Origin: Octopus sinensis
Taxonomy: Eukaryota
Direction of reading: 5' to 3'
Assembly: GCF_006345805.1 (NCBI RefSeq)
Contig: NW_021824851.1
Span: forward strand, 18,992 to 82,991
DNA length: 64,000 nt
Of this stretch, positions 24,951-37,975 are shown one piece after another (within the stretch, counting starts at the first letter, position 1; every line of letters begins with the position of its first letter). The notes below the pieces were generated by a model. It made no database searches, had not been told where the DNA came from, and was given only the letters and a program-made list of their open reading frames with translations. Both the position numbers and the translations under genes were made by a program.

Positions 24951-25584
24951 GGGAACAAACTTTACCCTTACTCTTTTACTTGTTTCAGTCATTTGACTGT
25001 GACCATGCTGGAGCACCACCTTTAGGCTCAGTTTTACAGTTGGGTCCCCTTTATGCTGTCAACTGTTTTAGTTAACCCTTACAATATGCAGAGATGTAGT
25101 GTTCTTATTTTTTTAAGTCCACGATACCCAGGGTAATAAGAATCCTTTTGATTGTCATCTTAATTTTCTACTCTAGGCACAAGGCCTGAAATTTTTGGGG
25201 GATCATCCATTAGATCAACCCCAGTACACAACTGGTACTTAATTTATCAACACCGAAAGGATAAAAGGCAAAGTCGACCACAATGGAATTTGAACTCAGA
25301 ATGTAAAGACAGACGAAATACCACTAAGCATTTCGCCCAGCATGCTAACCATTCTGCCAGCTTGTCCCCTTTTGATACCAATATATTACAGAACTTAAGG
25401 CACCCATTGGGACGAATGCTTAGTAGTATTTCATCCATCTTTACATTCTGGGTTCAAATTCCATTGTGGTCGACTTGACCCCTCATTCCTTTTGGGGGTT
25501 GATAAAACAAGTACTAGCTGAGCTCTGGGGTTGATATAGCTGACTTACTCCCCACCAAAATATTGCTGGCCTTGTGCCAAAATT

Positions 25585-25667
25585 GTCTGAACACCCTCCC
25601 TGTACATAACTCCATGATCCCTTACATGGCCTTGCTTTTTGCTTTTTGAGCCAAAAAATTAACTAAT
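25585..25667 (+). mobile_element. CR1 3' tail fragment
   Basis: TACATGGCCTTGCTTTTTGCTTTTTGAGCCAAAAAATTAACT is the reverse complement of the CR1 tail at about 3100-3145. Confidence 0.7.
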
Positions 25668-25885
25668 TATCTGCCCCATTGCCTTTTGTTCTTCTGAGGT
25701 CAATAAAATAAGTACCAGGATCAATGTTGGCTGTGACCTACAAAGTGATGCCCCAGCATGGCCACAGTTCAATAACTGGACAAAACCAGTCAAACAATGA
25801 GAAATTTCGAATTTTATTGTTGCTTCGATGTAAATTTATTTATCGGTAAAAGACTAAATGTTGTTTTTTTTTGTTTGTTTGGCAG

Positions 25886-26109
25886 CTGATGGAATATTCC
25901 TGCATGGAGCTTGCTTTAGAAGGGGAGCGCCTGTGTCGAGCTGGTGACTGTCAAGCAGGGGTACAATACTTTGAGGCTGCGGTCAAGGCAGGAACGGACG
26001 ACTTTGCCACACTGAGCGCCATTTATAGTCAGCTTGGCAATGCTTACTTCTTCCTGCAGGAATATGGCAAAGCCTTGGAATATCACCGACATGATCTCAA
26101 CCTGGCCAG
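25886..26109 (+). CDS. GPSM2: Internal coding exon of G-protein-signalling modulator (LGN/AGS3/Pins), N-terminal TPR repeats
   Basis: LMEYSCMELALEGERLCRAGDCQAGVQYFEAAVKAGTDDFATLSAIYSQLGNAYFFLQEYGKALEYHRHDLNLAR closely matches the recalled GPSM1/2 N-terminus (MEASCLELALEGERLC..LSAIYSQLGNAYF..ALEYHHHDLTLAR). Polypyrimidine tract + CAG acceptor ends at 25885; AG|GTAAGG phase-2 donor at 26110. An invertebrate gene would be co-orthologous to GPSM1 and GPSM2. Confidence 0.95.
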
Positions 26110-26468
26110 GTAAGGAACCTTTGCTTAATTCTTTAATTAGCTGATCTGATAATGTGCGAGTGCACATGTATGTTTGAGTGAGCACCTCGCTAAGATAAAT
26201 ATTTCAATTAACCTGAAGATTGACTGTAACCATAACTTGAATTATTACGAATTGTACAGCCATGAAACGATCGTAGTGTTTTACTCTTTATCTTTTATTA
26301 AACTTTTAATACTTTTGATATATATTTAAAATAATATAAATTAATTAATTTTATGTATTGGCTTATATTTTTCATTGTTTGATTTACCTAATAGTGGTTT
26401 TATCTCTAATTTAATATAATATAATATAATATATTTTACTATAAAATTGGATTTATTCCCTAATATTT

Positions 26469-26528
<60 letters not shown>

Positions 26529-26630
26529 CTGAAAAAATTAGAAATAGTAGTCTATTGTCTACAAATGTGGAGTCCCATTTGTAGAAAATAGAAATAAACA
26601 GTCTCCGACTGCTATTTCTAATTTTTTCGG
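26529..26630. mobile_element. 102-bp MITE, TA-flanked, 24-bp TIRs with internal 10-bp hairpin
   Basis: CTGAAAAAATTAGAAATAGTAGTC / GACTGCTATTTCTAATTTTTTCGG (22/24); TCTACAAATG/CATTTGTAGA at 26558-26585. Confidence 0.75.
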
Positions 26631-26822
26631 TATGTGGCTAAGCAACCTGTTGCTGCCCCTTCTATTTATATACAATATATATATATATCTATACGAACAC
26701 GTGACTGAGTCGCGGCCGCCGTTAAATGGTTATATTTATATGCCGAAATCTACCATAAATAATTGTTGGTTTTTTGAAAAACCATCGAAGACTTATTTAC
26801 TCTTATTATATATATATATATA

Positions 26823-27238
26823 TAGGATCTTTTCGGTTTGGCCGGCAGTTTTTAACATAATTTCTAGGTAACTAAAAAATTTTAAACTTTGTATACTGGT
26901 AGAATGTGTTTATAAAACATCTTTTTTTCTTGGTTTTATTGAGAAAATTTTATAGTTTGTAAGATATTTGTTGTTTTTTTTCTTCAATTTCTGCAATTTC
27001 AACCAATCACTGACGTCTATTGAGGTAAAAAAAAAACATTCTGTGCCATATGAATATGTCCCTCGTTTAAGAAACAGATTGGGTTTATTTACATTTGTGA
27101 AGAAAAAAAGATACCCTTCCCCCCACCCCTAACCCTAAAACAGATTGAAATGCAATAGATCGATACTAGGGTCATAATTATGGGTGACAATTTCATATGA
27201 CACTGCTAGAAAAAACTGCCGTTCAAACTGAAAAGATC

Positions 27239-27241
<3 letters not shown>
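26823..27241. mobile_element. Tc1/mariner-type MITE (~420 bp, ~30-bp TIRs, TA flanks)
   Basis: AGGATCTTTTCGGTTTGGCCGGCAGTTTTT / AAAAAACTGCCGTTCAAACTGAAAAGATCCT; a lone TIR copy also lies at about 4108-4137. Confidence 0.8.
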
Positions 27242-27275
<34 letters not shown>

Positions 27276-27276
<1 letters not shown>

Positions 27277-27600
27277 CATAATCATCGTTTAATGTCTGCC
27301 TTCCACGCTAGCATGGATTGGACAATTTGACTGAGGACTGGCGAACCAGATGGCTGCCCTTCCTAATGCCAACCACTCCGAGAGTGTAGTGGGTACTTTT
27401 ACGTGCCACCTGCACAGGAGCCAGTCCAGCGGCACTGGCAATGACCTCGCTCGAATGTTTTTTTTTTGTGCCACTGGCACAAGTGCCAGTAAGGCGACGC
27501 TCGAATAGTGCTTTTTACGTGCAACCAGCACAGAGACCAACTTGTTGCTTTAGCAATGATAACGCTCGGATGGTGCTCTTAGTGCTCCACTAGCACAGAT
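27276..27600 (-). mobile_element. RTE 3' UTR copy (family B)
   Basis: Same tail and internal units as other B copies. Confidence 0.75.
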
Positions 27601-27602
27601 AC

Positions 27603-28005
27603 TTACTTTTTACTTTTACTTGTTTCAGTCATTTGACTGTGGCCATGCTGGAGCACCGCCTTTAGTCGAGCAACTCGACCCCGGGACTTATTCTTTGTAA
27701 GCCCAGTCCTTATTCTATCGGTCTCTTTTTGCCGAACCGCTAAGTGACGGGGACGTAAACACACCAGCATCGGTTGTCAAGCGATGCTAGGGGGACAAAC
27801 ACAGACACACACACATATATATATACATATACATATATACGACAGGCTTCTTTCAGTTTCCGTCTACCAAATCCACTCACAAGGCATTGGTCGGCCCGGG
27901 GCCATAGCAGAAGAAGACACTTGCCCAAGATGCCACGCAGTGGGACTGAACCCGGAACCATGTGGTTGGTTAGCAAGCTACTTACCACACAGCCACTCCT
28001 GCACC

Positions 28006-28045
<40 letters not shown>

Positions 28046-28218
28046 CATATATACGACAGGCTTCTTTCAGTTTCCGTCTACCAAATCCACTCACAAGGCA
28101 TTGGTCGGCCCGGGGCTATAGCAGAAGACACTTGCCCAAGATGCCACGCAGTGGGACTGAACCCGGAACCATGTGGTCGGTTAGCAAGCTACTTACCACA
28201 CAGCCACTCCTGCGCCTA
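27603..28218 (-). mobile_element. SINE family A with duplicated head+core
   Basis: Two head/core units separated by (TA)n. Confidence 0.88.
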
Positions 28219-28437
28219 CATTTGTGAAGAAAAAAAGATGCCAGTCATCAAATTTGATTTTGATTTTGATTTCACTTGCCTCAAGAGGTCTTCGCAACAT
28301 GATTAGGCTTGATACATGCACATACACACACACGTGCACAGGGTGCACAGGGTGCACAGGGTGCACAGGGTGCAGACCCCTATTCATTCACATGATGACT
28401 GTCACAGGAAAAAATAGTATTTTTATTTTTTGAGACT

Positions 28438-28690
28438 CATCATCATCATCATCATCGTTTAACATCTGCTTTCCATGCTAGCATGGGTTGGACGGTGCAA
28501 CTGGGGTCTGCGAAGCCAGAAGGCTGCACCAGGCCCAGTCTGATCTTGCAGTGTTTCTACAGCTGGATGCCCTTCCTAATGCCAACCACTCCGTGAGTGT
28601 AGTGGGTGCTTTTTACGTGCCACCTGCACAGGTGCCAGGCGAGGCTGGCAACGGCCACGATTGGAGTGGTGCATTTTACGTGCCATCAAA
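28438..28690 (-). mobile_element. RTE 3' UTR copy (family B)
   Basis: (CAT)n start and ATGCCCTTCCTAATGCCAACCAC motif. Confidence 0.8.
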
Positions 28691-28699
28691 TTTAGGTCA

Positions 28700-29860
28700 G
28701 TTTGTCTTGATGACATGTTGTCGCAGTTACTTGGTGAGTCCACCTTTGGTCTTGATTACAGCCTCCAGGCAACCTTGGAACCAGCCACAAGCCTTTGTTA
28801 CTATCCCCAGTTTTAGCCCCTGAAGGCCCTGGTGATCCTGGCCCTCAGCTCAACCTTCATGCTGCAGCTGGATTTATTGGTCTCTCATTCCACTGCAGTC
28901 AAGGGGGTTGCCGTCAGGTGAGTTGTGTGGCCAAATGTCAGGTGTTGTGTGATCAAAGAAATTCTCTGACAACCAGGCCTGAGACTTTGGGCTGGTGTGA
29001 CAGGGCACAGATTTTTGCTGCCATGTGTATGGCCTCCTTGCTGTTACCCAATCAAATCCAGGGTTTCACCACCTCATTCAGAACACAGATATAGCTGTAA
29101 GGCAGGGAGCTGGCAGAATCGTTAGCACGTCGGGTGAAATGCTTAGCGCTATTTCATCTGCTGTTACGTTGTGAGTTCAAATTCCGCCGAGGTTACGCAC
29201 TGGGGTCGATGTAATCGACTTAATCCGTTTGTCTGTCCTTGATTGTCCTCTCTGTGTTTAGCCCCTTGTGGGTAGTAAAGAAATAGGTATTTCGTCTGCC
29301 GTTACGTTGTGAGCTCAAATTCCGCCGAGGTCGACTTTACCTTTCATCCTTTCGGGGTCGATAAATTAAGTACCAGTTACGCACTGGGTTCGATGTAATC
29401 GACTTAATACCTATGTATGTCCTTGTTTGTCCCCTCTATGTTTAGCCCCTTGTGGGTAATAAAGAAATAGATAAAGCTGTAGATGATCAGCCTGACACTC
29501 ACAGGGAAGAAGCAGGGTGGCGTGACATCACCTTCACTGAAGACCATGATTGTCGCTGGAAATTTTGTCTGCATGACTCTGGGCATGTCCTTGAGTGAGA
29601 CAGCACACCACCTGTTCTTCTGGGAGTTGATCTTCTGGTCTTGGTAGAAATGCTTCTCATTGGAATAGAACCAAAGCATGTCTGGCTTCAGCGAGTTTTT
29701 CAACTTGTAAATCAGATTCTTGATGTGTTTGAGTCACTTTTCTTACATCATCTTGGACAGAAATTATCTCTTCCTCATCTTATATGTAAAGTAGTGACTG
29801 TCCTCATGCACCACCTGTCTGACGAGCTTTTTATCCACACCTTTCTCTAATGTTGATGAT
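28700..29860 (-). pseudogene. Degraded Tc1/mariner-superfamily (maT/DD37D-like) transposase interrupted by SINE C (29098-29472)
   Basis: LKPDMLWFYSNEKHFYQDQKINSQKNRW..MQTKFPATIMVFSEGDV, then after the SINE YICVLNEVVKPWI..WLSENFFDHTTPDIWPHNSPDGNPLD..TKAC..CLEAVIKTKGG. Confidence 0.75.
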
Positions 29861-29869
29861 CTCCTAGAT

Positions 29870-30320
29870 TTCTATTTCTTTACTGCCCACAAGGGGCTAA
29901 ACACAGTGCGTAACTGGTACTTATTTAATTGACCCCGAAAGGATGAAAGGCAAAGTTGACCTCGGCAAAATTTGAACTCAGAACGTAGCGGCAGACGAAA
30001 TACCTATTTCTTTACTACCCACAATGGATTCTCCAATCTCGCAATTTCACTCACGAGTCTTGGGTTGACCTGGTAGTGCTAAGACATTTGCCCAAGATAC
30101 CTATTTCTTTACTACCCACAAGGGGCTAAACACGGAGGGGACAAACGGATTAAGTCGATTACATCGACCCCAGTCCATAACTGGTACCTAATTTATCGAC
30201 CCCGAAAGGATGAAAGGCAAAGTCGACCTCGGCGGAATTTGAACTCAGAACGTAACGGCAGACGAAATACGGCTAAGTATTTCGCCCGGTGTGCTAACGT
30301 TTCGGCCAGCTCGCGGCCTT
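29870..30320 (-). mobile_element. SINE family C fragments
   Basis: Two to three partially overlapping copies. Confidence 0.7.
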
Positions 30321-30678
30321 AATTGCCCAAGATACCATCATCATCGTCGTCGTTGTTTAACATCTGCTTTCCATGCTAGCATGGGTTGGACGATTTTGAC
30401 TGAGGGCTGGCAAACCAGATGGCTGCACCAGGCTCCAATCTGAATGGATTGTACCAGTAACTGAAAGGTCAATTCTATTTGTGGATTATATTAAGAGTAT
30501 CCATGTATTTGGAATACTCGGCCACGTTCCACACTAATTCAACGAATAGACAATAGAATATACTCATTGTCATATCCATCACTTCCATTTCTAACACAAG
30601 GTGCTTTTGTACTCCTATAGTAATGTACTCTTTAAGGTACTCCCACATTAGTGTACTTCTATATTAAGGTACTTGTAT

Positions 30679-31105
30679 CTCTCTTTTCTCTCTTTTACTT
30701 GTTTCAGTCATTTGACTGCGGCCATGCTGGAGCACCGCCTTTTAGTCGAGCAAATCGACCCCGGGACTTATTCTTTGTAAGCCCAGTACTTATTCTATCG
30801 GTCTCTTTTGCCGAACCGCTAAGTGACGGGGACATAAACACACCAGCATCGGTTGTCAAGCAATGCTAGGAGGACAAACACAGACACGCAAACATACACG
30901 CACACATATATATATATATAGATATATACATACATATATACGACGGGCTTCTTTTCCGTTTCTGTCTACCAAATCCACTCACAAGGCTTTGGTCGGCCTG
31001 AGGCTATAGTAGAAGACACTTGCCCAAGGTGCCACGCAGTGGGACTGAACCCGGAACCATGTGGTTGGTAAGCAAGCTACTTACCACACAGCCACTCCTG
31101 CGCCT
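30679..31105 (-). mobile_element. SINE family A flanked by 113-bp direct repeats
   Basis: 30566-30678 and 31106-31218 are near-identical (3 substitutions seen). Confidence 0.9.
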
Positions 31106-31339
31106 ATTGTCATATTCATCACTTCCATTTCTAACACAAGGTACTTTTGTACTTCTATAGTAATGTACTCTTTAAGGTACTCCCACATTAGTGTACTTCT
31201 ATATTAAGGTACTTGTATATTAACATAATCTTGTATATCTGTACTCTTGTATTAATGCAGTCCTGCATTCAAGCCGTGCTATGGAACCACGGTGTGGACA
31301 CAAACCTCCAATTACCTTTAATTATAAACATGCATATTA

Positions 31340-31394
31340 TACATCCTATATATATATATATATATATACATATATACATACATGCATACATGTA

Positions 31395-31441
<47 letters not shown>

Positions 31442-32165
31442 GCATACACGTATATATGTATATAGAGTCTTGGTACAGTGTATTTGTGTGTGTGTCTGTG
31501 TGTCTGTGTCTCTTGGTGTCACAGTGTTTGTCACTGGTTGTTGGTGTCACAGTCTGTGTCTGTGTGTCCAGATGGCAACATTATTGCAGCCATAGAACTT
31601 GCCTCGCTAATAGTGTCTCTCTCTCTCTCTCGCTCACTCCCCACCTCTTTGCGTGTGTGTGTATGTGTGTGTTTGTATGTATGTAAGTGTGTATATGTAT
31701 GTATGTGTGTATGCATGTATGTGTGTATGTATGTGTGTATGCATGTATGTGTGTATGTATGTGTGTGTATATGTATGAATGCGTGTATGTATGTAAGTGT
31801 GTATGTGTATGTATGTGTGTTTGTATGTATGTGTGTATGCATGTATGTGTGTATGTATGTGTGTATGTATGTGTGTGTGTGTATGTATATATGTAAGTGT
31901 GTATGAATGCATGTGTGTGTGTATGTATGTGTGTGTATGTATGTGTATGTATATATGTATGTGTGTATGTATGTATGTATATGTATATATATGTATGTAT
32001 GTATGTATGTATATGTATATATATGTATGTATGTGTGTATGTATGTATATGTGTATGTATGTATATGTATATGTATGTATATGTATATGTATGTATGTAT
32101 ATGTATATATATGTATGTATATATATATATATATGTATGTGTGTGTATATATATATATATGTATG
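31340..32165. repeat. (TA)n and (TGTA/TG)n compound microsatellites
   Basis: Direct reading. Confidence 0.95.
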
Positions 32166-32379
32166 ATGTACCTTCTTTTCTTTGTCTCCCAGTCTTATCC
32201 AACCTTGGTCTCACTCTGTTTCTCTCACATTTTCCAGTTACCCCCCACCCCTTGCCCCTAAACCCCTCCCTCCCCCTTTCTCTCTCTCTCTCTCTCTCTC
32301 TCTTTTTCTCAGATGGATTCTCTTAAAAAAAAAAACAAAAATAAGCAAACAAACAAACAATAAATACCACAGCCATTAA

Positions 32380-33349
32380 CACCACCACCTTCGCCACAAC
32401 CACAGCAATTACTTACAACTACAATCACTACCACCAGTGCTTTGACTACTACCACAACCACTACCACCACCACCATCAACATTATTAGCACCACGATCAT
32501 CATCGCCAACACCTCCACCACCACCACTAACACCACCGCCACTGCCACCATCATCGCCAACACCACCACTACCACCACCGCCACCACCATCATCACCAAC
32601 ACCTCCACCACTACCACCACCACCATCATTGCCAACACCTCCACCACTACCACCACTGCCGCCACCATCATCGCCAACACCAACACCACTATTACCACCA
32701 CCATCATCACCAACACCTCCACCACTACCACCACCGCCGCCACCATCATCGCCAACACCACTACCACTATACCACCACCACCATCATCGCCAACACCACC
32801 ACCGCCACCACCATCATCACCAACACCTCCCCACTACCACCACCACCACACCGCCACCACCATCATCACCAACACCTCCACCACTACCACCACCGCCACC
32901 ACCATCATCACCAACACCTCCACCACTACCACCACCGCCGCCACCATCATCGCCAACACCACTACCACTATTACCACCACCATCATCGCCAACACCACCA
33001 CCGCCACCACCATCATCACCAACACCTCCACCACTACCACCACCGCCACCACCATCATCACCAACACCTCCACCACTACCACCACCGCCACCACCATCAT
33101 TGCCAACACCTCCACCACTACCACCACTGCCGCCACCGTCATCGCCAACACCTCCACCACCACCACCATAGCTATTACTGTTGGCATAATCAACAGCAGC
33201 ACTGCCACCATTACCACTACTACTACCATTACTACTACTACTACTACAACTGCTACTAGTACTACTACTACCAGTACCAGCTGCAACACGGCTGCTACTG
33301 TTGCTACTGCTTCTACCCAGTAAGACTCTCTCTTCTACTACTGCTGCTA

Positions 33350-33375
<26 letters not shown>
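32380..33375. repeat. ACC/ACT triplet-derived minisatellite with ~36-39-bp higher-order unit
   Basis: ACCACCGCCACCACCATCATCACCAACACCTCCACCACT repeated with variation. Confidence 0.9.
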
Positions 33376-33381
<6 letters not shown>

Positions 33382-33487
33382 ACAGAACCGTTCCTGGCTG
33401 CTATCGTTCCACAATCAATATACCAAAGAACCCACTCTCTCTCTCTCTCTCTCTCGCTCTCTCTCTCTCTTGCTCTCTCTCTCTCTC

Positions 33488-33521
<34 letters not shown>

Positions 33522-34049
33522 CTGCTGCCAGTCCGTCAGCCAGTCCGTCAGCCAGTTTTTCCTTTCGGTACATGCCCCACCGCAGCTCATCTCTCTCCGG
33601 ATGGCTGTATGGAATACACAACAACAACGATGGATGGATGGATGGACAGATAGACAGAGCAACAGTTAAACGCCTGGCGTCTACGTCTAGCTCGGGAGTC
33701 GACCCAGTGACAGCGACTACGACGGACTTTCTCAATGCCTCCCGTCTCGTGGATGAGTGCTTTACATTTCTGAATCTCCATATTGTGTCAGCAGTTCACT
33801 CATGGATGTGCCGTCGTGAGTTTTCACCCCTCGTTCCTCCTCCTCTTCTTCTTTGTTTTTCTTTGTCCTTTTTTTTTTTGGCTGGCATTCATCACCATCA
33901 CCATCACCATCATCACCATCACCATCATCATCATCGTCATTATTATTTTTATGTAAGTTTAAATTCCGCCAAAAACTGGCTTTGCCTCTCCTCTCAGCCT
34001 TCTAGGCCCGATGACACCAGTACCAGTTAAATATTGGGGTTTATGTAAT

Positions 34050-34823
34050 CATTGATTATTATTATTATTAGCAATATTATTATTATTATTATTAGCAATA
34101 TTATTATTATCATTATCATTACTATTATTATCATTACTATTACTATTATTATTATTATTATTGCTGTCATTATTATTATTATTATTAGTAGTAGTAGTAG
34201 TAGTAGTATGTGGTGATAAAAAGAAGAAAGCCAGCCACAGGTGGTGATAGAAGCAAGGTTCTTGCAAACCAAAGATGCAATTTGGGTTTCAATTTCCAGT
34301 GAAAGTTTTGGCAGCTAAAAACCCCCTAAAAACAACAACAACAACAGCAGTGACAATCATTACTTCCCCATTGTTATTGTTGATCTCACCCCTCCTCCTC
34401 TTCCTCCTCCCCATGCAACAAACCTCTGCTCTCCTCATGCCCACCCCACCTCTCCACACTGTTGCATGTTGCTCTTTTTTTTTTTGCATTTTGCTTTTTC
34501 GTGCTGTCCTCAACACCAAGAGCCCTTGTGGCCAGCAGAAGCAACAATTATCCTCATCATCATCATCATTATTATTATTATTATTATTATGAAGGTGGTG
34601 AACTGGCAGAATCGTTAGCATGCCCGGTGAAATGCTTAGCAGTATTTTTCGTCTGTCACTACGTTCTGGGTTCAAATTCTGCCTTTCATCCTTTTGGGGG
34701 TCGATAAATTAAATAACAGTGAAACACTGGTGGAGGGGTCAATATAGTTGACTAGTCTTTGCCCCCAAATTTCAGGCCTTGTACCTATAGTAGAAAGAAT
34801 TCTTCTTCTTCTTCTTCTTCTTC

Positions 34824-34857
<34 letters not shown>

Positions 34858-34895
34858 CATCATTATTATTATTATAACTCTTATTATTATTATTG

Positions 34896-34935
<40 letters not shown>

Positions 34936-35213
34936 AGCAGCGAGCTGGCTGAATTGCTAGCATGCCGGACGAAAATTCTTTGTGACATTCTGTTTTGTTT
35001 TATGTTCCGAGTTCAAATCCCACCAAAGTCAATTTTTGCTTCCGCCGTCTTGGGAACTATGAAATAAATACCAGTTCTGTACTGGAGTCAATGTAACCAA
35101 TTACCCACTCCCCCCCACAATTTCAGGCCTTGTGCCTTTAGTAAAATCATTATTACTATCATTATTATTACTATCATTATTATTATTATTATTATTACTA
35201 TTATTACTACTAC

Positions 35214-35249
<36 letters not shown>

Positions 35250-35336
35250 TACTATTATTACTATTATTATTACTATTATTACTACTATTATCATTACTAT
35301 TACTATTATTACTATTATTATTATTATTATTATTAC

Positions 35337-35368
<32 letters not shown>

Positions 35369-35610
35369 GCAATATTATTATTATTATTATCAATATTATT
35401 ATTATCATTATCAATATTATTATTATTACTACTACTATTATTACTATTATTATTATTATTATTATTACTATTATTACTATTATTATTATTACTATTATTA
35501 TCATTATTACTATTATTATTATTATCATTATTATTATTATTACTATTACTATTATTACTATTATATTATTATTATTACTATTATATTACTATTATATTAT
35601 ATTATTATTA
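34050..35610. repeat. (ATT)n/(ACT)n tracts interspersed with degenerate SINE C copies
   Basis: Direct reading. Confidence 0.9.
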
Positions 35611-35769
35611 TTCGTGTAGTGGTAGTGAATGGCAAAGGTAAAATTGCTGCCAAACGAAATGTGTGTCTTGGGTTGGCAGAACCAGAATGGTGGACAAAAT
35701 AAATACTTTGCAGTCTTTTGTTGCTTTGCACTGCAACGTTCCGATATTAAAATCCTGCAGTGGCTGACT

Positions 35770-36140
35770 TCGTTGCCTGGCATTCTTCTGGCAGACAAAG
35801 TACCAGTTACGTACTGGGGTCAGTATATATATATATGTGTGTGTTGTGTGTGTGTATATATATATGAGAGACTGTCTGGTACCAGTTACGTACTGGGGTC
35901 GGTGTGTATATATATATATGTGTGTGTGTGTATATATATATATATGGAGATAGAGAGAGACTGTTCCTCGTCTGAGAGACAGTCTGGTATCAGTTATGTA
36001 CTGGGGTCGGTATATATATGTATATATATGTATATATATATGTGTGTGTGTGTATATATATATATGTAAATATGGAGATACAGAGAGACTGTTCCTCCTC
36101 TGAGAGACAGTCTGGTACCAGTTACATACTGGGGTCGATA
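35770..36140 (+). repeat. About four tandem units derived from a SINE C segment plus microsatellite
   Basis: (AGAC)TGTCTGGTACCAGTTACGTACTGGGGTCGG recurs. Confidence 0.7.
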
Positions 36141-36719
36141 TACGCACACACACACACACGCACACAGAGTTCCCACCCCACATCCCCTAATCACCCCCAC
36201 GAAATTTCCGGACGTTCTGTTGTTTTCATTATTGCCTTCTGTTTTGAGTTCAAATTCCAGCAATGGACGAACTTTGCTACCCCCTCCTCCTTCTCCTCTT
36301 CCTCCACTTTGCCACCACCACCACCACCTCTTTTTTTTCTCAAGGATGGAATTCCGTAATAAATCAAGAATTATCAAACAATACTTTTATTTACTTTTTT
36401 ATCCTCCTCCCCCTCCTCTTCGTCCCTTGCAAAAAATCCGAGCTTTTATCAAAATAACTCCTCTTCCTCCTTATCATCATCATCGTCATCATCACCACCA
36501 TCTTACTATTTTTCTTTGTCCATTCTGCTTTGCCTGGCCACAATTTATTCAGATGACAATGGCCCTTACCTGTAATGATCCCTGCCAACAAATGACCCTC
36601 TGCTGCTGTGGCTCTTACCTATGAATTTTGACCCCTCATTAAAAGATTTCTCTTTTTTTATTTGATGTAAAAATCCATTCTATTTTTGTCATTTATTGTT
36701 GTTGTTGTTGTTGTTGTTG

Positions 36720-37670
36720 TTAAGGTGGCAAGCTGGCAGAATCGTTAACACACCAGGCAAAATGCTTAGCAGTATTTCGTCTGTCTTCACGTTCTGAGTT
36801 CAAATTCCACCAAGGTCTACTTTGCCTTTCATCCTTTCAGGGTCAATAAATTAAGTACCAGTGAAACACTGGGGTCGATATAATCGACTCACCCCCTTCC
36901 TAAAAATGGCTGCTCTTGTGGCAAAATTTGAAACCATTATTATTATTATTATCATTATTATTATTACCATTGTTGTTGTTATTAAGGTGGCAAACTGGCA
37001 GAACCATTAGCACATTCTGAGTTCAAATTCCGCCAAGTTTGACTTTGCCTTTCATCCTATCAGGGTCGATTAAATAAGTACCAGTTAGCCTAGTGGTTAG
37101 AGCAGCGGGCTCGCGGTTGAAGGATCGTGGGTTCGAATCTCAGACCAGGCGATGTGTGTGTTTATGAGTGAAACACCTAAGCTCTATGCGGCTCCAGCAG
37201 AAGGTAATGGCGAACTTCTGCTGACTCTTTCACCACAACTTTCTCTCACTCTTTCCTCCTGTATCTTGCAGCTCACCTGCGACGGACCGGTGTCCCGTCC
37301 AGGTGGGGAACCTATACGCCAAGGAAACCGAGAAACCGGCCCTTATGAGCCAGGCATGGCTCGAGAAGGAACAAACTGGGGTTGAGGTAATCGACTTCAT
37401 CCCTTCCCCCAAATTTAAGGCCTTGTGATTCCAGTAGAAAGAATTATTATTATTAAGGTGGCAAGCTGGCAGAATCATTAGAATGCCAGGTGAAATGCTT
37501 AGAAGTATTTCATCTGCCACTACATTCTGAGTTCAAATTCCACTGAGGTCAACTTTGCCTTTTATCCTTTCAGGGTCGATAAATTAAGTACCAATTGAGT
37601 ACTGGAATCAATGTGATTGACTGTCCTTCAACACAGAAAATAGGCCTTGTGTCTATAGTAGAAATGATTA

Positions 37671-37704
<34 letters not shown>

Positions 37705-37975
37705 GGTGGTGAGGTGGCAGAATTGTTAGCACGCCAAGCGAAATGCTTAGCAGTATTTCATCTGCCATCCTTTCGGGGTCGATAAATTAAGTACCAGTTA
37801 CGCACTGGGGTTGATGTAATCAACTTAATCCCTTTGTCTGTCCTTGTTTGTCCCCTCTGTGTTTAGCCCCTTGTGGGCAATAAAGGAATAGGTATTTTGT
37901 CTGCCACTATGTTCTGAGTTCAAATTCTGCCATGGTTGACTTTGCCTTTTATCCTTTTGGGCTCGATAAATTAAG
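36720..37975 (+). mobile_element. Cluster of SINE C copies with one SINE D (37086-37375)
   Basis: Heads AAGGTGGC(A/G)AGCTGGCAGAA at about 36722, 36985, 37455 and 37703. Confidence 0.75.

Noticed and set aside
28333-28376. (GTGCACAGG)n 9-mer minisatellite
   Set aside because: Short local slippage repeat with no further structure.
32817-33662. 281-aa minus-strand Gly/Glu-Arg-rich ORF
   Set aside because: Composed of GGT and GA repeats; no recognisable domain.
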